A stretch of DNA of 64,000 nt from Miltoncostaeaceae bacterium (GTDB taxonomy: Bacteria; Actinomycetota; Thermoleophilia; Miltoncostaeales; Miltoncostaeaceae): contig JBMOGE010000001.1 of assembly GCA_049318525.1 (NCBI GenBank), positions 2,761-66,760 of the forward strand, written 5' to 3'. Position numbers and translations under genes: made by a program. The notes beneath the pieces were generated by a model. It did no database searches. It was not told the DNA's origin and saw nothing but the letters and a program-made list of their open reading frames with translations. Positions 17,457 through 26,884 of this stretch are shown here, piece by piece (the stretch's first letter is position 1; every line of letters starts with the position of its first letter).

Positions 17457-19876
17457 CCCCGCGACTCGATGGGCACGAGGTCGTCTGTGGGTGCGGGTGG
17501 ATTCTCGAGGCGCTGAAGCCATGGGATGCGCCGCACGCCCAGTAGCAGCGCGATGCCCACCACGACCACGGCCACGATGAGGCCCCACTGCGATGCGGTG
17601 GGGATCTCGACCTCGAAGAACGTGGTGAGCCACGGGATGTAGAGCCCGACCGACAGCAGCACCACGAACCCGGCGACCATGCCCCACACCCATGTGCGCA
17701 CCTTGCGCCGCTCAACCCCTCGCTCCAGTTCGATGACCACGGCGAGCCCCAGGAACGTGGCGGCGAGGATCGCGGCGGTGCGGGCTTCGGAGATGGTGCC
17801 GTCGAGCGGTCCGCGCGTGAGCAGGTATGCCGCGGTGATGGCCATGGCGATGACCGCGCCTGCAGGTACGGAGAATGCCGCCAGGCTTCGCATGAAGCTG
17901 TCGCGCCGCACGGCGCCGGTGCTTGATGCGAGCGCCAGGAAGAACGCGGGGATACCGATGGTGAGCGATGAGGTGATGGACAACTGCCTGGGCAGGAATG
18001 GGAAGGCGATGGGCAGCAGCGCGAAGCACACGAGCAGCAGCGCCGAGTAGACGGACTTGGTGATGAAGAGCTTGGCCACCCGATGGGTGTTGCGGATGAT
18101 CTGACGCCCGGCCTCGATGGCGCTTGGCAGCGTGGCGAAGGAGTTGGTGAGCAGCACCAGGTCGGCCACGCCCTTGGCCATCTGGCTGCCGTTGCCCATG
18201 GCCACGGCCAGACGGGCCTCCTTGAGGGCCAGCACGTCGTTGACGCCGTCGCCGATCATCGCCACGTAGCGCCCATTGGCGGTCATGGCGCGCACCAGTG
18301 CCCGCTTCTGTTCGGGGGTGATGCGCCCGAACACCGCCGTGTCGCGAACGATCTCGCGCAGCGCGTCGGGATCGTCGGGCAGATCGGGGCCCTGCATCGC
18401 CTTGTGTGCGTTCTCCACGCCACAGGCGGCTGCCACGGCCTGCACGGTGCCGACGCCATCTCCCGAGATGACCTTTACCTGTACGCCCTCGCGTTGGAGG
18501 AACCGCACGGTGTCGGGTGCGTCGGGCCGCAGGGCCTCCTCCATGAGGATGGCGCCGGCTGCGGTCATGGCCGGGAGGTGGCCCATGCCGTCCTGATCCT
18601 GGTCCTCGTCGAGCGCCCCGGTTCCGGTTGCCACCAGCAGCACGCGTCGGCGCTCGGCCTGCTCGGTGGCGATACGCGCGGCAAGGGCGGGGGGGATGGC
18701 CACCCCAATGCGCTCCAGGATCTCGGGCGCTCCCAGCACGATGGTGCCCGCCCCGGGCAGCGTGACGCCACTCCACTTGCGCACCGACGCGAATGGCACC
18801 TGCGTCGTGGGCGTGAGGGCATCCTCGGGCATGGCGCGCGCGATGGCGTCGGCCGTGCCATTTCTTGCTGCGGCGCTGGCGGCCAGTTGGCCGGTGAGCC
18901 GCCGTACGTCGTCCTCGTTGTGCCCCGGTGCGGCCACGACGCCCACCACATCGAGCCGGTTCTCGGTGAGCGTGCCCGTCTTGTCCACACACACGGTGTC
19001 CACGCTGGCCAGACTCTCAATGGCGTTGAGCTGTTGCGCCAGGGTGCCGATGCGGCCCAGGCGCATGGCGGCCACCGCGAATGTGAGGCTGGCCAGCAGC
19101 ACCAGGCCCTCGGGCACCAGCGGTACGAGGGCGGCCACCGTGCGCTGGGCTGATCCCACCACCCCGAGGTCGATCCAGAAGGTCGACGCGATCATGAGCA
19201 CGGCCATGGGCACCATCACCACGATGAGGATTCGCAGGATGCGGTTGATGTCCAGTTGCAGGGGCGAGAGCTGCACACGGTTGCCCTTGGCCTCGGAGGC
19301 CAGCCGCCCGGCGAATGAGTCGATCCCGACCGCGGTCACCCGGTAGACACCGCTGCCGGCCATGCAGAACGATCCCGACAGCACCGGATCGCCATCCACC
19401 CGCGACACCGCGTCGCTCTCGCCGGTGAGGGCCGATTCATCAAGGCTCAGCACGGTGGCCCGCACCATCTCGCCATCGGCCACAACCTGGTCGCCGGGCT
19501 CAAGCAACACAACGTCGCCCGGCACGATGTCGGCGACGGCCAACTCAACGGGCTCGCCATCGCGCAGCACAGTGCCGTGAGGTGCCACCAGCAGTGCCAG
19601 CCGGTCGAGCGTGCGCTTGGCGCGGCTCTCCTGCACGATGCCGATGAGCGTGTTCGCAATGAGTACCCCGCCGAACAGGGCGTCGCTGAACAGTCCCAGC
19701 ACCAGCATGGGGACGAGCAGGATGATCAGCACCAGATTGAAGAGCGTGAAGGTGTTGGCCCACACGATCTCGGCGTACGAGCGGCTGGTCCGGGGCGCGC
19801 GACGCGGACCCATCTCGGAATGGATGCGCTCGGCATCCGCCTGGGTGAGTCCTGTGATCGGGGAGGTGGCCGCCAT
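17453..19876 (-). CDS. Cation-transporting P-type ATPase (P2-like, CtpE/CtpF-like; ion unknown)
   Basis: 807 aa with TGES, DKTGTLT and GDGVNDVLALKEA, and about 10 TM helices. It has no N-terminal metal-binding domain and no CPC motif. Confidence 0.9.
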   Translation of the reverse strand: MAATSPITGLTQADAERIHSEMGPRRAPRTSRSYAEIVWANTFTLFNLVLIILLVPMLVLGLFSDALFGGVLIANTLIGIVQESRAKRTLDRLALLVAPHGTVLRDGEPVELAVADIVPGDVVLLEPGDQVVADGEMVRATVLSLDESALTGESDAVSRVDGDPVLSGSFCMAGSGVYRVTAVGIDSFAGRLASEAKGNRVQLSPLQLDINRILRILIVVMVPMAVLMIASTFWIDLGVVGSAQRTVAALVPLVPEGLVLLASLTFAVAAMRLGRIGTLAQQLNAIESLASVDTVCVDKTGTLTENRLDVVGVVAAPGHNEDDVRRLTGQLAASAAARNGTADAIARAMPEDALTPTTQVPFASVRKWSGVTLPGAGTIVLGAPEILERIGVAIPPALAARIATEQAERRRVLLVATGTGALDEDQDQDGMGHLPAMTAAGAILMEEALRPDAPDTVRFLQREGVQVKVISGDGVGTVQAVAAACGVENAHKAMQGPDLPDDPDALREIVRDTAVFGRITPEQKRALVRAMTANGRYVAMIGDGVNDVLALKEARLAVAMGNGSQMAKGVADLVLLTNSFATLPSAIEAGRQIIRNTHRVAKLFITKSVYSALLLVCFALLPIAFPFLPRQLSITSSLTIGIPAFFLALASSTGAVRRDSFMRSLAAFSVPAGAVIAMAITAAYLLTRGPLDGTISEARTAAILAATFLGLAVVIELERGVERRKVRTWVWGMVAGFVVLLSVGLYIPWLTTFFEVEIPTASQWGLIVAVVVVGIALLLGVRRIPWLQRLENPPAPTDDLVPIESRG

Positions 19877-20023
19877 CGCGGGCGAGACTAGTCGGGAACT
19901 GACGGCGCCCCGAGCGGTGATCGCTCGGATAGATCGCCGAGCCGGGGCCCCGGGGCCGTGCTCGGGTGGACGGGGGTCAGCGCGTTATCGCTCGCGATGC
20001 CGCGTTCACCAGGGCGGTCAGTG

Positions 20024-20052
20024 CGAGGAGGCGATGGGCCGTCGCCTCCTCG
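20024..20052 (-). terminator. Hairpin downstream of the small ORF (terminator-like, no U-tract)
   Basis: 11-bp perfect stem (cgaggaggcga / tcgcctcctcg) with a 7-nt loop. Confidence 0.3.
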
Positions 20053-20072
20053 TCCACCCACCAGCCGGGAGA

Positions 20073-20243
20073 TCATTCGTCGGCGAAAACCCTGGGAGCG
20101 GCAGCCAGCGCGAAGAGGATCCAGAGGATGCCCAGCGCGAAGGGGATGTAGCCGACCTCGGCGCGGTCGTACCAGCCAGCCCACGTGGTGACGACCCCGA
20201 GGGCGAGCAGTGTGGTGACGATCCATATGGGGAGACGCTTCAC
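20073..20243 (-). CDS. Small 56-aa two-TM membrane protein (below the ORF-track length cutoff)
   Basis: A GTG start is preceded by GAGAGG 7 nt upstream. The translation is VKRLPIWIVTTLLALGVVTTWAGWYDRAEVGYIPFALGILWILFALAAAPRVFADE. Third codon positions are almost all G/C. Confidence 0.45.
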   Translation of the reverse strand: MKRLPIWIVTTLLALGVVTTWAGWYDRAEVGYIPFALGILWILFALAAAPRVFADE

Positions 20244-20326
20244 AGGTACCTCTCGTGCGTGGTCGTGTTCTTCGCTTGTCCGCCGGGCACTTTACCCGCT
20301 CGGGAAGGGTAGTCTCCCGGCCCGCG

Positions 20327-20668
20327 ATGACGGATCCCACTCCACAGCAGGTGCAGGTGACCCTTGATGAGCGCCCGGAGGGCATCATCGTGTTCGTCGC
20401 CGGCCCGATTGACGCCAGCACGCTCACCGAGGTGTCCGCGGTGCTCACCGACGCACAGCGTGATGGACGCACCCTGTACGTGGATCTCTCGGGGGTCACG
20501 TTCATCGATTCCCGTGGTCTGGGAGCGCTGCTCGCCGCCAATGAGCGCGCCCGTGAGGGTGCCGCCGCACTTCGCATCCATGCCCCGTCAGACGCCGTTC
20601 GCCGGCTCCTCACGATCTCGGGTGTGACCGCCGTCATCATCGAGGCCGACGAGTTGCCGGCCCCGTAG
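20327..20668 (+). CDS. STAS-domain anti-sigma-factor antagonist
   Basis: Start at MTDPTPQQ. The typical SpoIIAA-like motif DLSGVTFIDSRGLGALL contains the phosphorylatable Ser. Confidence 0.8.
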   Translation: MTDPTPQQVQVTLDERPEGIIVFVAGPIDASTLTEVSAVLTDAQRDGRTLYVDLSGVTFIDSRGLGALLAANERAREGAAALRIHAPSDAVRRLLTISGVTAVIIEADELPAP

Positions 20669-20725
20669 GGCCCCGTACCACCACGGCGGCTCCCCGGCAC
20701 TTGACGCCGGGTTTACGATCGGTGC

Positions 20726-20920
20726 ATGAGCACGATCTACGAAGTGACCGGAATGACCTGCGGCCATTGTCAGCGGGCCGTGGAGGATGAGGTGGGTGGC
20801 GTTCCCGGCGTGACCGGCGTCGAGGTGGATCTGGCGACCGGCAGGGTGAAGGTGCACGGCGATGCCGACGACACCGCCGTGCGCGGTGCCATCGAGGAGG
20901 CGGGCTACGCCGCAGTCTGA
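20726..20920 (+). CDS. copZ: Copper chaperone (HMA domain)
   Basis: 64 aa with the MTCGHC metal-binding motif. TACGAT lies 6 nt before the ATG, which suggests a leaderless transcript. Confidence 0.9.
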   Translation: MSTIYEVTGMTCGHCQRAVEDEVGGVPGVTGVEVDLATGRVKVHGDADDTAVRGAIEEAGYAAV

Positions 20921-23093
20921 TCAGGGGCCAGTTGCCACCCGCGAGGCCGACCTCGCAATTGAGGGGATGACCTGCGCCGCGTGCGTGGCACGGGTGGAGA
21001 AGGCGCTCAACAGGGTTGACGGGGCAACCGCATCGGTGAGTCTCGCCACCGAGCGTGCCCACGTGCTGGTGCCCGAGGGCATTGACGACGCCGTGCTCAT
21101 CCAGGCCGTACGCGCGGCCGGGTACGGCGCCCGGGCGGCCGCGGACGCCCTGCTCGACACCTCGGGTGCCGCAACCGATGCCGCCGCGCACCTTCGCATC
21201 CGGCTCATCGTGGCCGTTGTGCTCTCGGTGCCGGTGCTGCTGGTCTCGATGATCCCCCCGTTGCAGTTTCCCGGCTGGCAGTGGGTGTCGTTTGCGCTCG
21301 CCACCCCGGTGGTGTGGTGGTGCGGTTGGACCTTCCACCGTGGTGCCTGGCAGGCGCTTCGCCACCGCGGGTTCTCGATGGACAGCCTGGTGTCGCTTGG
21401 CTCGGCCGTGGCCTGGGCCTGGAGTGCGGTGGCCGTCATCTTTCTGGGCGCGGGTGAGATCGGCATGACCATGCACATGTCGCTCACGCCATCGGGTGGC
21501 TCCGGCGCAGAGGTGTACTTCGAGGTGGCCGCAGGCATCGTGGCCCTGGTGCTTCTGGGCCGCTGGCTGGAGGCCCGCGCCCGCCGTACCGCCGGCAGCG
21601 CCATCCGCGCCCTGCTGGCCCTTGCGCCGGATCGCGCCACGCTTCTGCGCGATGGTGCGGAGGTAGAGGTGCCCGTCGCCGAGGTTGTGGTGGGCGATCT
21701 GGTGGTGGTGCGTCCCGGGGATCGCATTGCCGTGGATGGCGAGGTGACGGAGGGGCAGTCGGCGGTTGACCGGGCGCTCCTCACCGGGGAGAGCGTGCCC
21801 GTGGAGGTCGGCCCCGGGGATGAGGTCGAGGGCGGGTCCCTCAACGCTGGCGGACGCATTGTGGTGCGTGCACTCCGTGTTGGCAGCGAGACCGCCGTGC
21901 ACCGTGTGGCTGCGCTTGTGGAGGCGGCCCAGGCAGGTAAGGCACCTGTGCAGCGCCTGGCCGACCGCGTGGCCGGGGTGTTTGTGCCCGCCGTCATGGT
22001 CATTGCAGTCGGCACGCTCATCGGCTGGTTGGCCACGGGGCACCCGGCCGGCGAGGCCATGACGGCCGCGGTCGCCGTGCTCGTCATCTCATGCCCGTGT
22101 GCGCTCGGCCTTGCGACCCCGGTGGCCCTGATGGTGGGAACGGGCCGTGGCGCCGAGCTCGGAATCCTCATTGGCGGTCCCGAGGTGCTGGAGAGCACCC
22201 GCAGGGTGACCGTGGCCGTGCTCGACAAGACCGGCACGCTCACCGAGGGGGTCATGAAGGTGGCGGATGTGCGCCCGGCTGCGGGGCATGATCCGGACCG
22301 TGTGCTGGCGCTTGCCGGCGCCGCCGAGGCGGGCAGCGAGCACCCCATCGGCCGTGCCATTACCGCGGCGGCGGCGGAGCGGGCTGCCCTGTTGCCGGTC
22401 GGCGCGTTCGTCGCCCAGGCGGGGGTGGGCGTGAATGCCGACGTGGACGGCCACCAGGTGCACGTGGGTCGTGCCGAGGAGGGCGCCGCCGGATCAAACA
22501 CCACGGTGCGCGTGACCGTCGACGGCGAGGACGCCGGGCTGATCGAGGTGAATGATGTCGTGCGCCCCGAAAGCGCCCAGGCAATTGAGATGCTTCGTGA
22601 GCTGGGCCTGCGTCCGCTCATGCTCACCGGAGATGCCGCAGGCCCCGCCCACGCGGTTGCCGCCATCCTGGGCATTGACGACGTGGTGAGCGATGTCTTC
22701 CCCGAGGACAAGTCGCGGGTGGTGCGCGAGTTGATGGAGGCGGGCGAGGTGGTGGCCATGGCGGGCGATGGCGTGAACGATGCCCCCGCGCTGGTGACGG
22801 CCGATCTGGGCATCGCCATGGGCACCGGTACCGACGTGGCCGCCGAGGCTGCCGACATCACGTTGGTCACCCCCGATCCCCGCGCCATCGCCGATGCCAT
22901 CCGGCTGTCGCGCCGAACGCTCCGCACGATCCAGGGCAACCTGCTGTGGGCCTTCGGCTACAACGTCGCGGCCATCCCGCTTGCCGTGATGGGGCTCCTC
23001 AACCCACTGATCGCCGCCGCGGCCATGGGACTTTCGAGCATCTTCGTGGTAACGAATTCCCTGCGTCTTCGGGGTTTCAAGCCGGCCCGCTAG
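20862..23093 (+). CDS. copA: Copper-exporting P1B-type ATPase
   Basis: One HMA domain (GMTCAACV), plus TGES, the CPC motif (ISCPCALGLATP), DKTGTLT and GDGVNDAPAL. The start is uncertain (ATG 20862 or GTG 20886, both overlapping copZ). Confidence 0.9.
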   Translation: MPTTPPCAVPSRRRATPQSDQGPVATREADLAIEGMTCAACVARVEKALNRVDGATASVSLATERAHVLVPEGIDDAVLIQAVRAAGYGARAAADALLDTSGAATDAAAHLRIRLIVAVVLSVPVLLVSMIPPLQFPGWQWVSFALATPVVWWCGWTFHRGAWQALRHRGFSMDSLVSLGSAVAWAWSAVAVIFLGAGEIGMTMHMSLTPSGGSGAEVYFEVAAGIVALVLLGRWLEARARRTAGSAIRALLALAPDRATLLRDGAEVEVPVAEVVVGDLVVVRPGDRIAVDGEVTEGQSAVDRALLTGESVPVEVGPGDEVEGGSLNAGGRIVVRALRVGSETAVHRVAALVEAAQAGKAPVQRLADRVAGVFVPAVMVIAVGTLIGWLATGHPAGEAMTAAVAVLVISCPCALGLATPVALMVGTGRGAELGILIGGPEVLESTRRVTVAVLDKTGTLTEGVMKVADVRPAAGHDPDRVLALAGAAEAGSEHPIGRAITAAAAERAALLPVGAFVAQAGVGVNADVDGHQVHVGRAEEGAAGSNTTVRVTVDGEDAGLIEVNDVVRPESAQAIEMLRELGLRPLMLTGDAAGPAHAVAAILGIDDVVSDVFPEDKSRVVRELMEAGEVVAMAGDGVNDAPALVTADLGIAMGTGTDVAAEAADITLVTPDPRAIADAIRLSRRTLRTIQGNLLWAFGYNVAAIPLAVMGLLNPLIAAAAMGLSSIFVVTNSLRLRGFKPAR

Positions 23094-23103
23094 GCTCCCG
23101 GGC

Positions 23104-24606
23104 GTGTCGCGGCAATACCTGGGAAGTGGCGGACGCCTTGAGGGCGGCCCCGCAGATGAGCTGATCGCAGCGGGCTACCGCTACGAGGCCGCCGCCGGAC
23201 CCCGTCTGGCGGATGGACTCTCCACCTCTGATCTGGCCCACGTGGTGGCGCTCACCGAGGCTCGGGCCATCCCTGCTGACCAGGCGAAGGCACTGCTCAT
23301 GGCGCTGCTTGATCTCGATGAGATTCCCGGTGATGAGTTCCCCTTTGACCCTGCGCTGGGCGATGCCTTTAACAGCCGTGAGCACCAGCTCAAGGAGCGT
23401 GCGGGCAAAGAGGCCGCCGGATGGCTGTCTGCCGGGCGCCCGCGCCGCGAGGCATTCCGCGTGGGCCTCCGCCTGGTGGCACGCGACGCCGCGCGCGACC
23501 TGCACGACGCCTGCATTGATCTGGCGGCCGCGCTCACCCGGCTGGCCGACCGCCACGCCACCGACCTGGCGGCCGATTACACCTACCTGCAGCCCGCACA
23601 GCCCACGCGCCTGGGCCACCTCATCCTGGCCTACGCCTATCCGGTGCTGCGCGACGCCGAGCGCCTTCGCACCATCCATGCCGAGCTCGACCTCTCGGTT
23701 GCGGGCGCTGGCGGCAGCGCCGGGTCGCGCTGGCCACTCGACCGCACGCGCCTTGCCGAGCTGCTGGGTGCATCGGGCGTGGTGCCGCATGTGAAGGACG
23801 CCATGTGGCAGTGGGACCCATACCTGCAGTTGGTGGCCGCTGCGGCCACCACCGCCACCCACCAGAGCCAGATGGCGCAGGACCTTGAGATCCTGGCCAG
23901 CCAGGAGTTTGGCATTGCCTCGCTGGCAGATGAGCACAGCCGCGCCAGCGCGCTGATGCCGCAGAAGCGCAATCCGTACGCCTTGGCCGTGGTGCGTGCC
24001 ACGGCCGGCACCGTGTCGGGCGACCTCACGGGAATCCTCGTGGCGCTGCACACGGGCTCGGCCCGCACCGATCACTTCCACGTACTGAACACCGTGGTGC
24101 CGCGCGCCATGGAGGAGGAGGTGGCATCTACGCGCCTGATGGCCGCTGTGGTTGACCGCATGACCCTCGACGCCACGCGCGCCGGCGAGGCTGCCCGCCG
24201 TGGGTTCATCACCGCTGCCGACCTCTCGGACGTACTGGCGCAGGAGGCGGGCCTCGACTACCGCACCGCGCACCACGTGGTGGGCCGCGCCGTGAAGATG
24301 CTGGTGGATGCCGGACAGGACGAGTCGGCCCTCACTCCCGCGCTGCTGGCCGAGGCCGCGAAGGCGAGTGACGGCATCACCCTCGTGGTGGACGAGGCGC
24401 TTATCGCCCGTGCGCTCGACCCCGATGACGCCGCCGATACGCGCATGCAGCAGGGCTCATCAGCCCCCGGTGAGACCGAGGCGATGGTGGCCGGGTGCGA
24501 GGTTGCGGTTGACGAGGCCCGGGGCTGGAGCGCCCGGGAGGCCGAGCGGGCCACACGGGCACATGGTGCGCTCCGCGATCGTGCCCGGGAGCTCGCAGGC
24601 TCCTAG
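23104..24606 (+). CDS. Argininosuccinate-lyase-family (fumarate lyase superfamily) protein, divergent
   Basis: 500 aa with the signature SALMPQKRNP and an ASL-like N-terminus (GGRLEGGPADEL...DLAHVVAL). The conserved THLQxAQP region reads TYLQPAQP. Confidence 0.75.
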   Translation: MSRQYLGSGGRLEGGPADELIAAGYRYEAAAGPRLADGLSTSDLAHVVALTEARAIPADQAKALLMALLDLDEIPGDEFPFDPALGDAFNSREHQLKERAGKEAAGWLSAGRPRREAFRVGLRLVARDAARDLHDACIDLAAALTRLADRHATDLAADYTYLQPAQPTRLGHLILAYAYPVLRDAERLRTIHAELDLSVAGAGGSAGSRWPLDRTRLAELLGASGVVPHVKDAMWQWDPYLQLVAAAATTATHQSQMAQDLEILASQEFGIASLADEHSRASALMPQKRNPYALAVVRATAGTVSGDLTGILVALHTGSARTDHFHVLNTVVPRAMEEEVASTRLMAAVVDRMTLDATRAGEAARRGFITAADLSDVLAQEAGLDYRTAHHVVGRAVKMLVDAGQDESALTPALLAEAAKASDGITLVVDEALIARALDPDDAADTRMQQGSSAPGETEAMVAGCEVAVDEARGWSAREAERATRAHGALRDRARELAGS

Positions 24607-25220
24607 CCCGTACCGGGCACCACTGCGGTGCTCACCTTCACCCGCGCTGCGTAGCGTGCCAGCAGGCGATAGAGCGCCGGGCCGATGATGAGGGCAAAGA
24701 CGACGTTGCCCACCGCGGCGGCGATGTCGAACCAGGCGCTGGCCACGCAGGCCGTGATGAATGCGGCCCACGACACCTCGGGGCCGAAGGTGGCGAGAAA
24801 CCACAGGTTCATGGCCCAGCCAAACGCGAAGCCCCAGGCGCCGGCAACCACGGCCAGACCCAGACGGGATCGCGTGGCGGGGCGAAAGACCGCCCCGCTG
24901 GCACCCACGGCACCCCACAGCAGCATCTGTGCGGGGGTCCACGGCCCCTGTCCGAGAAAAGCATTGGAGATGAGGGCAGCCAGCGCTCCCACGGCCATGC
25001 CGGCACGGGCGCCCAGAGCGGCTCCGGCCACGAGGCACATCGTGGTGACGGGCTTCACCGACGGGACGGCGGCGAACAGCACCCGGCCGGCAGCGGTGGC
25101 GGCGCCCAGCGTGGCTGTGAGGGCCACCATCTTCGGCCCACCGGGCCCACGCTCCCACGCGGCCCATCCCACCAGCAGCAGGGCGAGGGCCGTGAGCAGC
25201 ACGATCGCCGCACCGCTCAT
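24603..25220 (-). CDS. ECF-type substrate-capture (S) component-like 6-TM protein (possible CbrT analogue)
   Basis: 205 aa with six predicted TM helices. There is an ATGA overlap with the upstream double ATPase. It sits downstream of a cobalamin riboswitch. Confidence 0.6.
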   Translation of the reverse strand: MSGAAIVLLTALALLLVGWAAWERGPGGPKMVALTATLGAATAAGRVLFAAVPSVKPVTTMCLVAGAALGARAGMAVGALAALISNAFLGQGPWTPAQMLLWGAVGASGAVFRPATRSRLGLAVVAGAWGFAFGWAMNLWFLATFGPEVSWAAFITACVASAWFDIAAAVGNVVFALIIGPALYRLLARYAARVKVSTAVVPGTG

Positions 25221-26704
25221 GTGGTGAGCACCGTTGCCGGCGGCAGTTCGCCGGGTACCGGGCCCCCTTGGCGCATCACCAGCACCTCATCGGCCGCCGC
25301 CATGGCGAAGGGCGCGTCATGGGTGGCCACCAGCACCGCCACCCCGTCGGCGGCGCGGCTGCGGATGATCCGGGCCAGATCACGCTTTCGTGCCGGGTCC
25401 ATGCCACGCGTGGGCTCGTCAAGTATCAGCACGCGCGGCCGGGCAACCAAAATGGATGCCAGGGCCACGCGCTCGCGCTCGCCCACACTCAGGTCAAGGG
25501 GGTGGCGCTCCAGCATGTGGTCGAGCCCCATGTCGCGCGCCGCGTCGAGGATGCGCGCGCTGCGGGCGTCACCCTCCACGCCGAGCGACGTGAGTGCCAC
25601 CCCGATTTCGTCGGCAATGGTCTCGGTGAGCAGGTGGCGGCCCGGATCCTGCGGCACCAGACCAAGGCGCGGGAAGCGCAACTCGGGTGGGAGTGCCGAT
25701 ACGTCATCGTCGCCGATCATCACGCAGCCGGAGTCGGGGCAGTGCAGGCCCGCCAGCACGCGCAGCAGGGTGGTCTTGCCGCTGCCGTTCGGGCCCACCA
25801 GCGCCGTGACGCGGCCACCAACCAGCGCCATCGAGGCCTCTGTCATCACCCGGCGCTCACCGTGCCCGGCATCCACCGCCAGCACGCGCGCTGCGGGCGG
25901 CCCGGGAACTTCGCACGGCGGCGTGAGTACCACCACGTCGTCGTCAGGCTGCGGGGCCGGGCCCAGCAGCCCATCGGTGACGGCCAGCACGCGGTCGGCG
26001 ATGGGGCGCACGCGCTCGCCACGGTGCTCGGCGATAACCACTGCAGTGCCGCGGTCGGCAAGGCGGCGGAGCGTCGCGGCCAGCGCAGTGGCGGCATCGT
26101 GATCGAGCTGTGAGGTGGGCTCGTCCAGCACCAGCAGGCGCGGCTCGCGGGCGAGCACACCGGCAATGGCGACGCGCTGGCGCTCGCCGGAGCTCAACTC
26201 GTCAATGCGGCGGCCGCTCAGATGCGCTGCGCCGGCGTCGCGGAGCGCTTGCTCCACGCGCCGCACGATTTCGTGGGCAGGCAGCCCTGCGTTCTGCGGG
26301 CCGAAGGCCACGTCGCGGTCAACCGTGCCAAGAACGGCCTGCGACTCCGGATCCTGGAACACGATGCCCACCGCCCCGCCGAGTGCTGCGGGCGGCAGCG
26401 CCAGGGCGTCGTGGCCATCCACCTCCACCGAGCCCGATACGGCGCCGCCGTGGAAGTCGGGCACCAGACCGGCGAGGGCACGCAGCAGCGTGGACTTTCC
26501 GCCGCCGGATGGACCCTCCAGCACCACCACCTCGCCGGCGCGCACATCGAGGCTCACACCACGGAGCGCCGGGCTGGGCGATTCTCCATAGGCGAACGCA
26601 AGATCGCGCACGCGGGCGACGATCTGCCGCCCTGCGGGATCGGGGTACTGCATATGGGTCCCGTCCGGGTCCCCGTGCACCGTCACCTCTTCGCCGAAGG
26701 TCAT
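25217..26704 (-). CDS. ECF transporter fused double ATPase (EcfA1-EcfA2 / CbrU- or YkoD-like)
   Basis: Two ABC modules: GPSGGGKST + LSSGERQRV + LVLDEPT, and GPNGSGKTT + LSVGERERV + LILDEPT. The start is taken at MTFGEE, immediately after the riboswitch. Confidence 0.85.
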   Translation of the reverse strand: MTFGEEVTVHGDPDGTHMQYPDPAGRQIVARVRDLAFAYGESPSPALRGVSLDVRAGEVVVLEGPSGGGKSTLLRALAGLVPDFHGGAVSGSVEVDGHDALALPPAALGGAVGIVFQDPESQAVLGTVDRDVAFGPQNAGLPAHEIVRRVEQALRDAGAAHLSGRRIDELSSGERQRVAIAGVLAREPRLLVLDEPTSQLDHDAATALAATLRRLADRGTAVVIAEHRGERVRPIADRVLAVTDGLLGPAPQPDDDVVVLTPPCEVPGPPAARVLAVDAGHGERRVMTEASMALVGGRVTALVGPNGSGKTTLLRVLAGLHCPDSGCVMIGDDDVSALPPELRFPRLGLVPQDPGRHLLTETIADEIGVALTSLGVEGDARSARILDAARDMGLDHMLERHPLDLSVGERERVALASILVARPRVLILDEPTRGMDPARKRDLARIIRSRAADGVAVLVATHDAPFAMAAADEVLVMRQGGPVPGELPPATVLTT

Positions 26705-26713
26705 TGGTGCCGA

Positions 26714-26862
26714 GGGCGGAGGCAGGTCTCCTGACTTCCGGTCATCACGCCTCCACGGCCTTCCCGGTTTCCCAGTGGCTGGCTTTCGCCGTGTGGAGGC
26801 GCTCACGGTTCACAGTGGCGGGACCGCGCCGGAATTGCACCGGCTTCCCTTGACCACCGCCC
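26714..26862 (-). promoter_or_regulatory. Cobalamin (B12) riboswitch
   Basis: The minus strand reads GGGCGGUGGUCAAGGGAAGCCGGUGCAAUUCCGGCGCGGUCCCGCCACUGUGAACCG...GCCACUGGGAAACCGGGAAGGC...GAAGUCAGGAGACCUGCCUCCGCCC. This is the conserved core plus the B12 box (AGUCAGGAGACCUGCC). A P1-type pairing GGGCGG/CCGCCC is present. The element ends 9 nt before the ATG at 26704. Confidence 0.9.
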
Positions 26863-26884
26863 ATGGCGTTGTGGGGTGAGGCTA

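Noticed and set aside
19877-20072. Possible metal-sensing riboswitch in the hairpin-rich leader of the P-type ATPase.
   Set aside because: I could not match it to M-box, yybP-ykoY or other known motifs by eye. Only generic GC hairpins are present.
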